From: a virus
Lineage: Duplodnaviria; Caudoviricetes
Virus record (IMG/VR): IMGVR_UViG_3300030330_005139
Direction: 5' to 3' (one strand)
Length of the DNA: 64,000 nt
Made by a program: the position numbers and the translations under genes. Under the pieces are notes generated by a model. That model was not told where the DNA came from. It did not search any database and worked only from the letters and a program-made list of their open reading frames with translations. Shown here one piece after another: positions 19,942 to 28,064 of the stretch (within the stretch, counting starts at the first letter, position 1; every line of letters starts with the position of its first letter).

Positions 19942-20103
19942 ATGGTCCTTCTCCCATACCTTCCTGTCGAGATTCCAGATGAGACCATTGAAATGAGGGA
20001 ATCAGTTCGCAAACTGATTGAACTTGATCCAAAAAATGATGAGTGGAGTCACGATCATGATGATGGAGACTTTGAGTTGGAAACAATGGAGACTGTTTAT
20101 TGA
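19942..20103 (+). CDS. small acidic protein (53 aa)
   Basis: Open frame filling the gap between genes. Confidence 0.5.
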   Translation: MVLLPYLPVEIPDETIEMRESVRKLIELDPKNDEWSHDHDDGDFELETMETVY

Positions 20104-20131
20104 TAAATAAGAAGAAGCTGTCTTTAGAAGA

Positions 20132-20761
20132 ATGAAGAATCTGAGAGATTTTGTGTCTGAAGCAACTTACGATCCAGATATTGCTGGTCGTTCTCAGATC
20201 AGAACAATGGGACAGGGTGGCAGACTGGCACCTTCCAAGAAAAAAGACGAAGCTCAGAAGACAAGAATGAAAGCCGCTGGTGGCGGTAAGATGGTCCCTG
20301 CAAAGGATTATAAACCTCGTTCTGACATTGGAACACCCAAACCCAAGTCCGCAAACATTCAACAACCCACAAAAGAACGTGGGTCTGCTGAGGTCAAACA
20401 GTCTTACGCAGATAAAGTAAGAGCTGAGAGAAAAGCTGCAGCACAAGCAAGAATTGCTGCTAAGAAATCAGGTGGTGAGGTGAAGAAAGACACCACATCT
20501 GCCAAAGCAAGTGAGAAGCAGGCAACTGAACTTCTGAAGAAAAAGACAACCAAGGCTGTCAACCCTAATTACAAGCCCCAGAAAGCGTCAGGATATACTA
20601 GACAAGAGCGCATGAAGATTACCCGCAAAGGTGAGACTGAACTCCGTGGCATCATGAAGCAACAAGAGACAGATCGTTATAAGAAAGAAACTGGCACCAA
20701 CCCTGACGCAAAAGGTCGGACTAAAATTATGGGTAGAGTACATCGCAGGATGAGCACTTGA
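20132..20761 (+). CDS. basic late protein, possibly internal head protein
   Basis: Late promoter ATAAATA at 20103-20109; K/R-rich; N-terminus MKNLRDFVSEA. Confidence 0.7.
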   Translation: MKNLRDFVSEATYDPDIAGRSQIRTMGQGGRLAPSKKKDEAQKTRMKAAGGGKMVPAKDYKPRSDIGTPKPKSANIQQPTKERGSAEVKQSYADKVRAERKAAAQARIAAKKSGGEVKKDTTSAKASEKQATELLKKKTTKAVNPNYKPQKASGYTRQERMKITRKGETELRGIMKQQETDRYKKETGTNPDAKGRTKIMGRVHRRMST

Positions 20762-20823
20762 TGTGTTATAATGTTAGTAACCACCAAAGCTCCCCTTTGG
20801 TGTAATCACTAATCTAAAACGAC

Positions 20824-21015
20824 ATGTCGAGCACCCTTCTGGCAATTCAATCTCTTCGTAAAGTTTGGCGTGAGCAAGACTTCAAATTGAGTTCTGATCA
20901 ACAAAAACGTCTCGACGAGTTGACAGACCTTCGCCGCCGTGAAGTGAGTGAATTCTATGAACAGGGTCGCGTTTGGTCTGGTCCTTCTGAGGCTAGCAAA
21001 CCCGTCGAAGAGTGA
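20824..21015 (+). CDS. hypothetical protein (cassette after repeat 1)
   Basis: 63 aa ORF between the repeat and a terminator. Confidence 0.75.
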   Translation: MSSTLLAIQSLRKVWREQDFKLSSDQQKRLDELTDLRRREVSEFYEQGRVWSGPSEASKPVEE

Positions 21016-21021
21016 CAAACT

Positions 21022-21047
21022 GAGGGGGTTTCGCCCCCTCTTTTTTT
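21022..21047 (+). terminator. intrinsic terminator
   Basis: GAGGGGG-TTTCG-CCCCCTC followed by T7. Confidence 0.85.
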
Positions 21048-21060
21048 ATCTTAACTTATC

Positions 21061-21354
21061 ATGACAATGACTGAATCTAATTACAGAGTTCTGAAGTTTG
21101 GTAATCATCCCACCGAGGGTTTGTGGAACAGCAGAACATTCACTCGTTCGCTTGTTGAGGCAGAAAGTCTTTTTCATGAAGCAGAGGTTGAGCGTGCCAC
21201 TGGTGGAGATCTCATCGGTTCTGTTCTCATTAAGGTTGATGACGATTCCTGGCATGTCCTTGACAAGTTTGGCACAGAGGGTTACAGTATTGGTCTGTCT
21301 CAAGTTGGAGTGTTTGAGGTCTCAAATTCCGACACTGTTATGGATCTATCATGA
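21061..21354 (+). CDS. hypothetical protein
   Basis: 97 aa ORF. Confidence 0.7.
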   Translation: MTMTESNYRVLKFGNHPTEGLWNSRTFTRSLVEAESLFHEAEVERATGGDLIGSVLIKVDDDSWHVLDKFGTEGYSIGLSQVGVFEVSNSDTVMDLS

Positions 21355-21623
21355 AATTTGTTGACTTTACGGCAGAAGAATATACCTTCGTTACCAAATT
21401 ATTGGAAGAGACGAAGGCATCTACAAACAAGGATCTTAAAGTTCTGAATGGTGCAATCTTGGCTCTCAAAATTGCATCGGCTGACGACCATTACCGTCGT
21501 TATGTGAAGATTGCTCCTCATGGTGAAAGACTCACTAGGGAACAATTCTTTGAGGAACTTTATCATATAACTGAACAAGATTTGAAGTCAAGAGATGATA
21601 ACGGCGGTTTCGGTTATTGTTAG
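21351..21623 (+). CDS. hypothetical protein
   Basis: ATGA coupling; stop TAG lies inside repeat 2. Confidence 0.7.
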   Translation: MKFVDFTAEEYTFVTKLLEETKASTNKDLKVLNGAILALKIASADDHYRRYVKIAPHGERLTREQFFEELYHITEQDLKSRDDNGGFGYC

Positions 21624-21647
21624 TAACCTCTAAAGCTCCCCTTTAGT

Positions 21648-22553
21648 ATGACTAAACCTCTCACCCACATAGCCCACCCAGAAGACCTCATCCTCTCCGG
21701 TGAGCTCTGGGTGGTTGATGCCCTAACTAATCAAGCCAATCACATCTCTGTCAAGATTGATGGAGCACCTGCGATTGTCTGGGGAACTCACCCACAAACT
21801 GGTAAGTTCTTTGTTTCAACCAAGTCTGCTTTCAACAAGAAAAAGGACAAAATCTGTTACACCATTGATGATGTCAGAAAGCACTTCAAAGGTGTTTATG
21901 AACTCCAAGACATTCTGATCACCTGTCTTATGAACTTGCCCGTAACTGAGGGCATCTTCCAAGGTGATTTCATTGGTTTTGGTGGTGAAGGTCAGAAAGC
22001 TTTCACTCCTAACACTCTCACCTACACCTTCTCTGAGGCACCACATCAGACCATCATTGTCGCCCCTCATACTTATTATGAGGTGGATTCTGACACTCAC
22101 ATGAGTCAAGCAGTCCCACATCCTCTGAAGGGTGATCTCATCTCGACCGACGATTGTTTGTTCATTCAACCTTTCGTTGATCGTTTCCAACGTGATCACC
22201 GTCCCTTCAAGATTAACAAGTCTCGTTGGAACTTTCTCTCTCAGAAAGACGCACAAAGTGCAATCATCTCCATCAACGCTTTGATCCGTTCTGGTCAAGA
22301 ACTTGATGACCAAACTCTCATCGAGATCATCGGTGATGCTGACCTGGTTAACCTCTATCAACTGGTCATTTCTCTAAAAGAGATGTTTATGGATGATCTC
22401 ATCGTTTATGGTTCTCCGACCTGTTCTGTGGGGTCTGAGAGGGTTCTGGCAGAGGGTTTCGTTATTTACTCCGACCACGGTGACATTCCTCTGAAACTTG
22501 TCAATCGTCATGAGTTCGCATTCAACAACATGAACTATGGTAAATTCTCCTGA
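21648..22553 (+). CDS. putative ligase-like covalent nucleotidyltransferase-fold protein
   Basis: KIDG, FQGDF, EGFV and LKLV resemble ligase motifs I, III, IV and V; ATG inside repeat 2, stop abuts repeat 3. Confidence 0.6.
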   Translation: MTKPLTHIAHPEDLILSGELWVVDALTNQANHISVKIDGAPAIVWGTHPQTGKFFVSTKSAFNKKKDKICYTIDDVRKHFKGVYELQDILITCLMNLPVTEGIFQGDFIGFGGEGQKAFTPNTLTYTFSEAPHQTIIVAPHTYYEVDSDTHMSQAVPHPLKGDLISTDDCLFIQPFVDRFQRDHRPFKINKSRWNFLSQKDAQSAIISINALIRSGQELDDQTLIEIIGDADLVNLYQLVISLKEMFMDDLIVYGSPTCSVGSERVLAEGFVIYSDHGDIPLKLVNRHEFAFNNMNYGKFS

Positions 22554-22605
22554 TTATTGTTAGTAACCTCCAAAGATCACCTTTAGTGTAACCGCCCCCC
22601 AACAC

Positions 22606-22803
22606 ATGAACGAACAGAACTCCAATCAACTGCGAGACAAAAGCATTGACACAATGGGTCAGACTCTTTTTGACCGTTTCGCTGAACTTCTGGACGACGA
22701 TCAAGAAACCGCTAAGGCACTCCATTCTGAATGGGTTGTTGATGGTCAGGATCCCGAAGAAGGCGATTACGAGTTCATCTTTGTTGAAAAGATCTCCTCA
22801 TGA
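22606..22803 (+). CDS. hypothetical protein
   Basis: Starts 12 nt after repeat 3. Confidence 0.7.
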   Translation: MNEQNSNQLRDKSIDTMGQTLFDRFAELLDDDQETAKALHSEWVVDGQDPEEGDYEFIFVEKISS

Positions 22804-23006
22804 AAAATCTCTCAGATCGCACAATTTCTAACCTGGCAACTGCAGTCCATGAGTCTGTCGTCAAACAGATCTACAGTGATCCTAAATTCCTGACAGACTT
22901 GTCTGAAGCCCTTGGCAGATCCCTCACCGAGCTTTATGGTGAGATGGACGAACAACTAAGGTCAGATATTGGAATGTTAATTTTCGACAGGATGACAATC
23001 AAATGA
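22800..23006 (+). CDS. hypothetical protein
   Basis: ATGA coupling. Confidence 0.7.
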   Translation: MKNLSDRTISNLATAVHESVVKQIYSDPKFLTDLSEALGRSLTELYGEMDEQLRSDIGMLIFDRMTIK

Positions 23007-23215
23007 GCAAATGGATTGTTCAGAAACCCTCCATTCTTGACCCAAAACAAATCTCTCACGGGTTTGTCATCAATGATGGAGAATATGCAGCAGTCCCAAT
23101 GAGTAACAGCGACGCACAACTGATGGTCATCCATAACGGATCACCACTCAAAGTTTGTCGTAACGAATCATCAGCTTTCAACTTTATCAAGAAACACCAA
23201 AAACGAAGAAAATGA
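23003..23215 (+). CDS. hypothetical protein
   Basis: ATGA coupling. Confidence 0.7.
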   Translation: MSKWIVQKPSILDPKQISHGFVINDGEYAAVPMSNSDAQLMVIHNGSPLKVCRNESSAFNFIKKHQKRRK

Positions 23216-23424
23216 AACAAACATTCAGATTCTTTTCATCCATCATCATCGGTTCTGTGGCACTTGCTGGTGTCTCTTTCATCTTTGATCAACAACGTAA
23301 CCAACAAGATTTTGTTGGTGGGCGAGTTGTTGGTTATGTTGAAGTTTCTCCTGGTGTTTGTGAATCCACCTTCATGGGAGAAGACAATGAGTTCTACATT
23401 ATTCAAGAGGAGTGCAACAAATGA
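23212..23424 (+). CDS. hypothetical membrane-anchored protein
   Basis: N-terminal hydrophobic helix; ATGA coupling. Confidence 0.7.
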   Translation: MKQTFRFFSSIIIGSVALAGVSFIFDQQRNQQDFVGGRVVGYVEVSPGVCESTFMGEDNEFYIIQEECNK

Positions 23425-23606
23425 TCAACACTGATCTTCTCGCAGTCATCGAAAGTCTGGAAGATGGTGTGAATGTCTCATATGAGGCACTTGATGATCC
23501 TGATCGGGGTTATACTTACGCCACTAGATATTCACGAGTCACGATGACTCACGCCATTGAATGTCTCAAACTCATCATTGAACAAAACCAAAAAGAAAAT
23601 GATTGA
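23421..23606 (+). CDS. hypothetical protein
   Basis: Start re-called to ATG 23421 (ATGA coupling). Confidence 0.7.
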   Translation: MINTDLLAVIESLEDGVNVSYEALDDPDRGYTYATRYSRVTMTHAIECLKLIIEQNQKEND

Positions 23607-23769
23607 CACTGATCTTCTCATCGCTTACGAAGAAGGAACCATTGAAAAAGATCAGTTCCTTGAATTGTTCCAACAAATTTATGACTCTAGGGCATATACC
23701 TGGCTTCAAGGTCATTATGGTCGCACACTTTCTGACCTGGCACAAGCTGGTCTGATAAATCTCAAGTGA
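23599..23769 (+). CDS. hypothetical protein
   Basis: MIDTDLL..WLQGHYGRT; stop abuts repeat 4. Confidence 0.7.
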   Translation: MIDTDLLIAYEEGTIEKDQFLELFQQIYDSRAYTWLQGHYGRTLSDLAQAGLINLK

Positions 23770-23820
23770 TTATTGTTAGTTACCCCTAAAGCTCCCCTTT
23801 AGTGTAACCACTGATTTACT

Positions 23821-24009
23821 ATGACACTCACTGAAAGAAACCAAAAACTCTTCGAACTTCGTCAGAAACTCAACAAAGCCCGTGCAGAAGTTGCATGGAT
23901 TGAGCAAGAGATCTGGCTCACCAAAGATCAATATGATCGTGAGGGTCTTGACCTCTTCAAAGAAATGGGTCTCGATAGTCCCATGTTCTACGAAATTTAC
24001 GGAGGTTGA
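23821..24009 (+). CDS. hypothetical coiled-coil protein
   Basis: Starts 11 nt after repeat 4. Confidence 0.7.
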   Translation: MTLTERNQKLFELRQKLNKARAEVAWIEQEIWLTKDQYDREGLDLFKEMGLDSPMFYEIYGG

Positions 24010-24013
24010 TGAC

Positions 24014-24181
24014 ATGATCACATCTAAGACACAAATGCTCAAGATCATGAAAACCTGTGCTCATGCAGATACTCTCACCCGAGAAGAAAAGTTTCTTGTC
24101 TTCTGTAGAGTATGTGACAACATGCTCAAAGAGGGCAGAATGACCAAGGCAACACATAAACGGTTCACTCAGATTTGGTGA
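24014..24181 (+). CDS. hypothetical protein
   Basis: ATG 24014; stop 2 nt before repeat 5. Confidence 0.7.
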   Translation: MITSKTQMLKIMKTCAHADTLTREEKFLVFCRVCDNMLKEGRMTKATHKRFTQIW

Positions 24182-24235
24182 CATTATTGTTAGTTACCCC
24201 TAAAGCTCCCCTTTAGTGTAACCACGTTTTCCATT

Positions 24236-24583
24236 ATGACTTTCGTAGCTCCACAACACAAATCAGAATATCTCACTGAGTGTCTCATTGAGGTTCTCAA
24301 CAACCGTGAGAAAGTGAACGCTCTTGAGTCTTCACGAACCGTTTACACTAACTTCGAGTATGAAGTTGGTCGTAAGTACATCAAAGTCTGGTCTTATCTG
24401 GTCGATGGTGATGAACGTCTCCGTGGTCGTTCCTGTTACATGTTCGTGGACAAAGAGACTGGAGCGGTTTACAAACCAGCCTCTTATAAGGCACCCGCTA
24501 AGGGCATTCGGTTCCAGATTGATCAGTTGGCTGATAACCCTGACATCTGTGATCCTTATGGGAGTTTCCTTTACATCCGATGA
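24236..24583 (+). CDS. hypothetical phage protein
   Basis: GRKYIKV..FVDKETGAVYKPASYKAPAKGIRF; lies between repeat 5 and a terminator. Confidence 0.8.
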   Translation: MTFVAPQHKSEYLTECLIEVLNNREKVNALESSRTVYTNFEYEVGRKYIKVWSYLVDGDERLRGRSCYMFVDKETGAVYKPASYKAPAKGIRFQIDQLADNPDICDPYGSFLYIR

Positions 24584-24587
24584 GAAT

Positions 24588-24615
24588 GAGAGAGGTTTAC
24601 AACCTCTCTTTTTTT
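24588..24615 (+). terminator. intrinsic terminator
   Basis: GAGAGAGGTT-TAC-AACCTCTCTT followed by T run. Confidence 0.8.
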
Positions 24616-24713
24616 ATGTTAAAATCCTTTTGTCTCAATGAAGGCGCTAAGAATCTAGAGTACATTGTTAGTAACCTCTAAAGCTCTCCTGTAGTGTAAC
24701 TTACTTGGTTTTT

Positions 24714-24908
24714 ATGACCAGTTCTGATCTTCGTCCTAATGTTGTGATGGAAATGGATGATTATTCATCCACCTTTGAACTCCTAACCCTTGACTTTAAG
24801 GCACGAGTAAAGATTCACAACTATGAAGTAAAGAAACTCGGTGAGGACATCAGAGCACTTTTCAACTTCGTTTCTGATAAGATGTTCTTCAAACTCATCG
24901 ACATGTGA
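24714..24908 (+). CDS. hypothetical protein
   Basis: ATG 12 nt after repeat 6. Confidence 0.65.
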   Translation: MTSSDLRPNVVMEMDDYSSTFELLTLDFKARVKIHNYEVKKLGEDIRALFNFVSDKMFFKLIDM

Positions 24909-24913
24909 TGAAC

Positions 24914-24939
24914 GAGAGAGGAGTAATCCTCTCTTTTTT
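24914..24939 (+). terminator. intrinsic terminator
   Basis: GAGAGAGGA-GTAA-TCCTCTCT followed by a T run merging into repeat 7. Confidence 0.8.
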
Positions 24940-24990
24940 ATTGTTAGTTACCTCCAAAGCTCACCCTTAGTGTAATCACTCATTCAAACC

Positions 24991-25170
24991 ATGATTCACT
25001 ATCTCGTTAAGTGTCCCTCTGATCCTTATGAGAACACCGATTGTTTAAGTGATCTCGACAGGGCTTGGGATCTCTGTCTCTCACTCGCTGAAGAGTATGG
25101 ATACGCCGAAGTTGGTTACTATAACATCCAAGGACATTACCAACTCGTCGGTGATTATTGTTTCAACTGA
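24991..25170 (+). CDS. hypothetical protein (59 aa)
   Basis: MIHYLVKCPSDPYE..GDYCFN after repeat 7; below ORF-track cutoff. Confidence 0.7.
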   Translation: MIHYLVKCPSDPYENTDCLSDLDRAWDLCLSLAEEYGYAEVGYYNIQGHYQLVGDYCFN

Positions 25171-25172
25171 TT

Positions 25173-25325
25173 ATGAATAATAATACCACTAACTCTGTCA
25201 TTTCTCTTGTTACCTATCTTCAGGAACTGGAAGAGAACAACAAAATCAATGAGAGTGAGTACAAAAGAGCGTTGAAACTTGTAAACAATATTGTTAGTAA
25301 CCTCCAAAACTCTCCTTTAGTATAA
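25173..25325 (+). CDS. hypothetical protein (50 aa) reading through repeat 8
   Basis: Open frame ending NNIVSNLQNSPLV. Confidence 0.55.
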   Translation: MNNNTTNSVISLVTYLQELEENNKINESEYKRALKLVNNIVSNLQNSPLV

Positions 25326-25339
25326 CCCACTCAATCATT

Positions 25340-25474
25340 ATGACACCTGAAGAATTTGAAGAAAATGTCAGAATCATCACGGGAGATCCTAACTGGTCCC
25401 TCCCTGATGATGAAGACAATAATGTTAGTAACCCCCAAAGCTCTCCTTTAGTACAACCCACTCAACCATTATGA
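25340..25474 (+). CDS. hypothetical protein (44 aa) reading through repeat 9
   Basis: Open frame ending NNVSNPQSSPLVQPTQPL; ATGA overlap with next gene. Confidence 0.5.
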   Translation: MTPEEFEENVRIITGDPNWSLPDDEDNNVSNPQSSPLVQPTQPL

Positions 25475-25659
25475 AAACTAAGAATCCTCGTCTTGTCTTT
25501 GGTGATGATGAATTCACCTTCTTCCGTGTTAAACTCCTTGAAGAGGTAAAAGCTCAGAAGAGGTTGTTCAACCCAACTCAAGCAAAGAAAGAACAGAAGA
25601 AGGCAGACGATTGTCTTCGTTATCTGATGAACCATCAACCACACCAACTGGAATTCTGA
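25471..25659 (+). CDS. hypothetical protein
   Basis: Starts 12 nt after repeat 9. Confidence 0.7.
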   Translation: MKTKNPRLVFGDDEFTFFRVKLLEEVKAQKRLFNPTQAKKEQKKADDCLRYLMNHQPHQLEF

Positions 25660-25808
25660 TGAACACTTTACAAGTCGAACAATTACAGGAAGACATCATC
25701 ACAATCATGGAATCTCATTTTCCTAATGAGAACGTAGATGAGGTGATTGAACTTCTATGTGACGCTGTTAACCAAAACATTTCACCCACACTTTCTGATC
25801 ATGACTAA
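25659..25808 (+). CDS. hypothetical protein
   Basis: TGATG coupling. Confidence 0.6.
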   Translation: MNTLQVEQLQEDIITIMESHFPNENVDEVIELLCDAVNQNISPTLSDHD

Positions 25809-26091
25809 AACTGAAGCACTCGCCATCTTCAAGCGAGCAGGATACACTTTCATTGGATACAAGGACACTGGCTGGGGTTGTAAGCAGTACTACTTCACTC
25901 ACCCCAACATTCAAGGAACTGAGGTTTCTTATGATCTGCCACTGTTGAGAAAGAGAGCAAGACATCTCGACATCAAGATGTGGCATGATGAGTATAAGGA
26001 ACAGCTGAGACAGGGCATTCAGGAGACTCTCTTCACTGACACGGAGATTGAGTGTAATTACTTCATCGAGAACCCTGTTGTAGTCGCCTAA
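25801..26091 (+). CDS. hypothetical protein
   Basis: ATG 25801; stop overlaps base 1 of repeat 10. Confidence 0.7.
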   Translation: MTKTEALAIFKRAGYTFIGYKDTGWGCKQYYFTHPNIQGTEVSYDLPLLRKRARHLDIKMWHDEYKEQLRQGIQETLFTDTEIECNYFIENPVVVA

Positions 26092-26148
26092 TATTGTTAG
26101 TTACCTCCAAAGCTCCCCTTTAGTGTAACCACTCATTCAACTCAAATC

Positions 26149-26631
26149 ATGGCAACTCGTGGACGAATTGGAATCAAACTTTCTGATGGTTCCATCCTCT
26201 CAGCTTATCATCACTGGGACTCCTATCCTCAGTGGCTCGGTGTTAACCTGGTGAAGAACTTCAATTCTTTTCAGAAAGCAGCTGAACTCATCGATGGTGG
26301 TGACATGTCAGCATGTTACACTACTCATACTTGGGAGTCTGAACCTCTCAAACGAGAGATCATTCAACCTGATGGATCTTCTAAGTTCGAGTACATCAAA
26401 GACAATGAAGGCAACTGGGTTTACACCAAAGTGAAGCCAGAAGCTGGTCCTCAGTATTACTCTGAGCGTGGTGAGGATTGTCCTCCCCGTCTCGATCCTG
26501 ACCTTTTCGAGTATCTCTCCAAAGGCGAAGAATTCGCATACGTTTTTGAAGGTGGAACCTGGATATGTTATGATCTACATGAGTTCGATAGTGAGGAACC
26601 TGAAATTGTTGAAATCCCTCAGGTTCTCTGA
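26149..26631 (+). CDS. hypothetical phage protein
   Basis: MATRGRIG..YHHWDSYP motif; single-gene cassette between repeats 10 and 11. Confidence 0.8.
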   Translation: MATRGRIGIKLSDGSILSAYHHWDSYPQWLGVNLVKNFNSFQKAAELIDGGDMSACYTTHTWESEPLKREIIQPDGSSKFEYIKDNEGNWVYTKVKPEAGPQYYSERGEDCPPRLDPDLFEYLSKGEEFAYVFEGGTWICYDLHEFDSEEPEIVEIPQVL

Positions 26632-26690
26632 TTATTGTTTGTAACCTCTAAAGATCCCCTTTAGTGTAATCAACCATTTTCTCTAAACTG

Positions 26691-26909
26691 ATGACCAACC
26701 CTTCACAAACCCATAAAGCTCTTCAACTCCTTCGTGATGGGTTCATGATTGAGTTGACTGAAAAGATCTACACCGATGATCGATTCACAAATCTCATGAT
26801 GGATCTCACCTCTGAGTTTGTTGAGCAAAACATTCCCGTTGTTGATGAAGATCTCCAAGTGGATCTGGCACTGATGATGATGGAATCGATCTCGCTTCGT
26901 TCTTATTGA
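26691..26909 (+). CDS. hypothetical protein
   Basis: Follows repeat 11. Confidence 0.7.
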   Translation: MTNPSQTHKALQLLRDGFMIELTEKIYTDDRFTNLMMDLTSEFVEQNIPVVDEDLQVDLALMMMESISLRSY

Positions 26910-26916
26910 TTTAAGT

Positions 26917-27435
26917 GTGACCGTGAAAACCAACCAAGAATTTATTTCCCTTGTAGAAGAGAGAACTCAATCAATTCTTTCCACCAAAGGTGATGTTGGG
27001 CGTCAGGCAATCGCAACGACTCGCGGTCAACAGGTGGAGAAAGCAGCAGCAATCTTATTATCGGATCACCCCAACGTTGAGAGTGTGGTTGAACAAGTCT
27101 TTGAAGAGGAAGTAGACGAGTTCTCCAACATTGACCTGGTTGTTACCACTAAAGACGGTCGAACAGTTTATGTACCCTGTGCTCGTGATCTTTGGTTGGG
27201 GACATCACAACAAGATCGCCTTCAGATTGTATGGGCAAAGTTTAAGGGTGGACTGTTTAATGACCATGATGTCTGTTATCTCTGCCTGGATGATATTAAC
27301 ACAATCTTGAACAAAGAGCACCGCAAGAGTGCCAGACGGGGACCAAAGATCAAAAACTGCTGTCGTGTTCTATTTGAAGCTGGAGTGATAATGAACTTCG
27401 AACACCTTTGGAATCACCTTCTCACCACTGATTGA
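26917..27435 (+). CDS. hypothetical protein, possible PD-(D/E)XK nuclease-like fold
   Basis: GTG start; RG..VE helix followed by IDLVV..VYV pattern; catalytic motif incomplete. Confidence 0.5.
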   Translation: MTVKTNQEFISLVEERTQSILSTKGDVGRQAIATTRGQQVEKAAAILLSDHPNVESVVEQVFEEEVDEFSNIDLVVTTKDGRTVYVPCARDLWLGTSQQDRLQIVWAKFKGGLFNDHDVCYLCLDDINTILNKEHRKSARRGPKIKNCCRVLFEAGVIMNFEHLWNHLLTTD

Positions 27436-27493
27436 TGGTGATTATTGTTTGTAACCTCCAAAGCTCCCCCTTAGTGTAACCATGTTTTTCATT

Positions 27494-27688
27494 ATGGCAT
27501 TTCTCGACTGGATTCAAGAAGCAATCGGTTCTAAAGTTGAAGACGAATTTGGCATGGTTCATGTCATCACAGGTGGCAAACTTGTGGCTGACTCTCCCAT
27601 GTGGCCGATGATTCAACTGACTGATGACATGGGTGTTCTACGATATGTCACTCTTGATCGTTTCATGGAACTCGTTTCTGTTGGGTGA
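27494..27688 (+). CDS. hypothetical protein
   Basis: Single-gene cassette between repeats 12 and 13; alternative ATG at 27482. Confidence 0.7.
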   Translation: MAFLDWIQEAIGSKVEDEFGMVHVITGGKLVADSPMWPMIQLTDDMGVLRYVTLDRFMELVSVG

Positions 27689-27803
27689 TATTGTTTGTTA
27701 CCTCCAAAGCTCTTCATTAGTGTAACCAGGACTTCTTCTCTAAGGTTGTTTCTCTGAAAAGACTTCTTCCTTAGAGTTGTTTCTCCTCTTAAACAAAAAC
27801 ATC

Positions 27804-28010
27804 ATGGTCTATCTCATCTCTCAATCCAACGGTTGCACATACACTCTCGACCCCGATCATTCCCGAGTTCTGTATTACGCACCTTTGTTGTCCGATGGTA
27901 CTTGTGAAACCGCATTCTCAGCTTACGCTGAAGTCGAATGGGACGAATTGGATGAAGATGTTCTTAACGAAGCAGATCGTTGTTATCACCTTCTGATGTC
28001 TGATCGTTGA
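27804..28010 (+). CDS. hypothetical protein
   Basis: ATG 27804; cassette between repeats 13 and 14. Confidence 0.7.
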   Translation: MVYLISQSNGCTYTLDPDHSRVLYYAPLLSDGTCETAFSAYAEVEWDELDEDVLNEADRCYHLLMSDR

Positions 28011-28064
28011 GGATTATTGTTTGTTACCTCCAAAGCTCTTCATTAGTGTAACCACATCAACCTC

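Noticed and set aside
22554-22593. NtcA site (GTA-N8-TAC) or dif-like site within the repeat
   Set aside because: Spacing does not give GTA-N8-TAC; the resemblance to an XerD arm is partial and has no partner arm.
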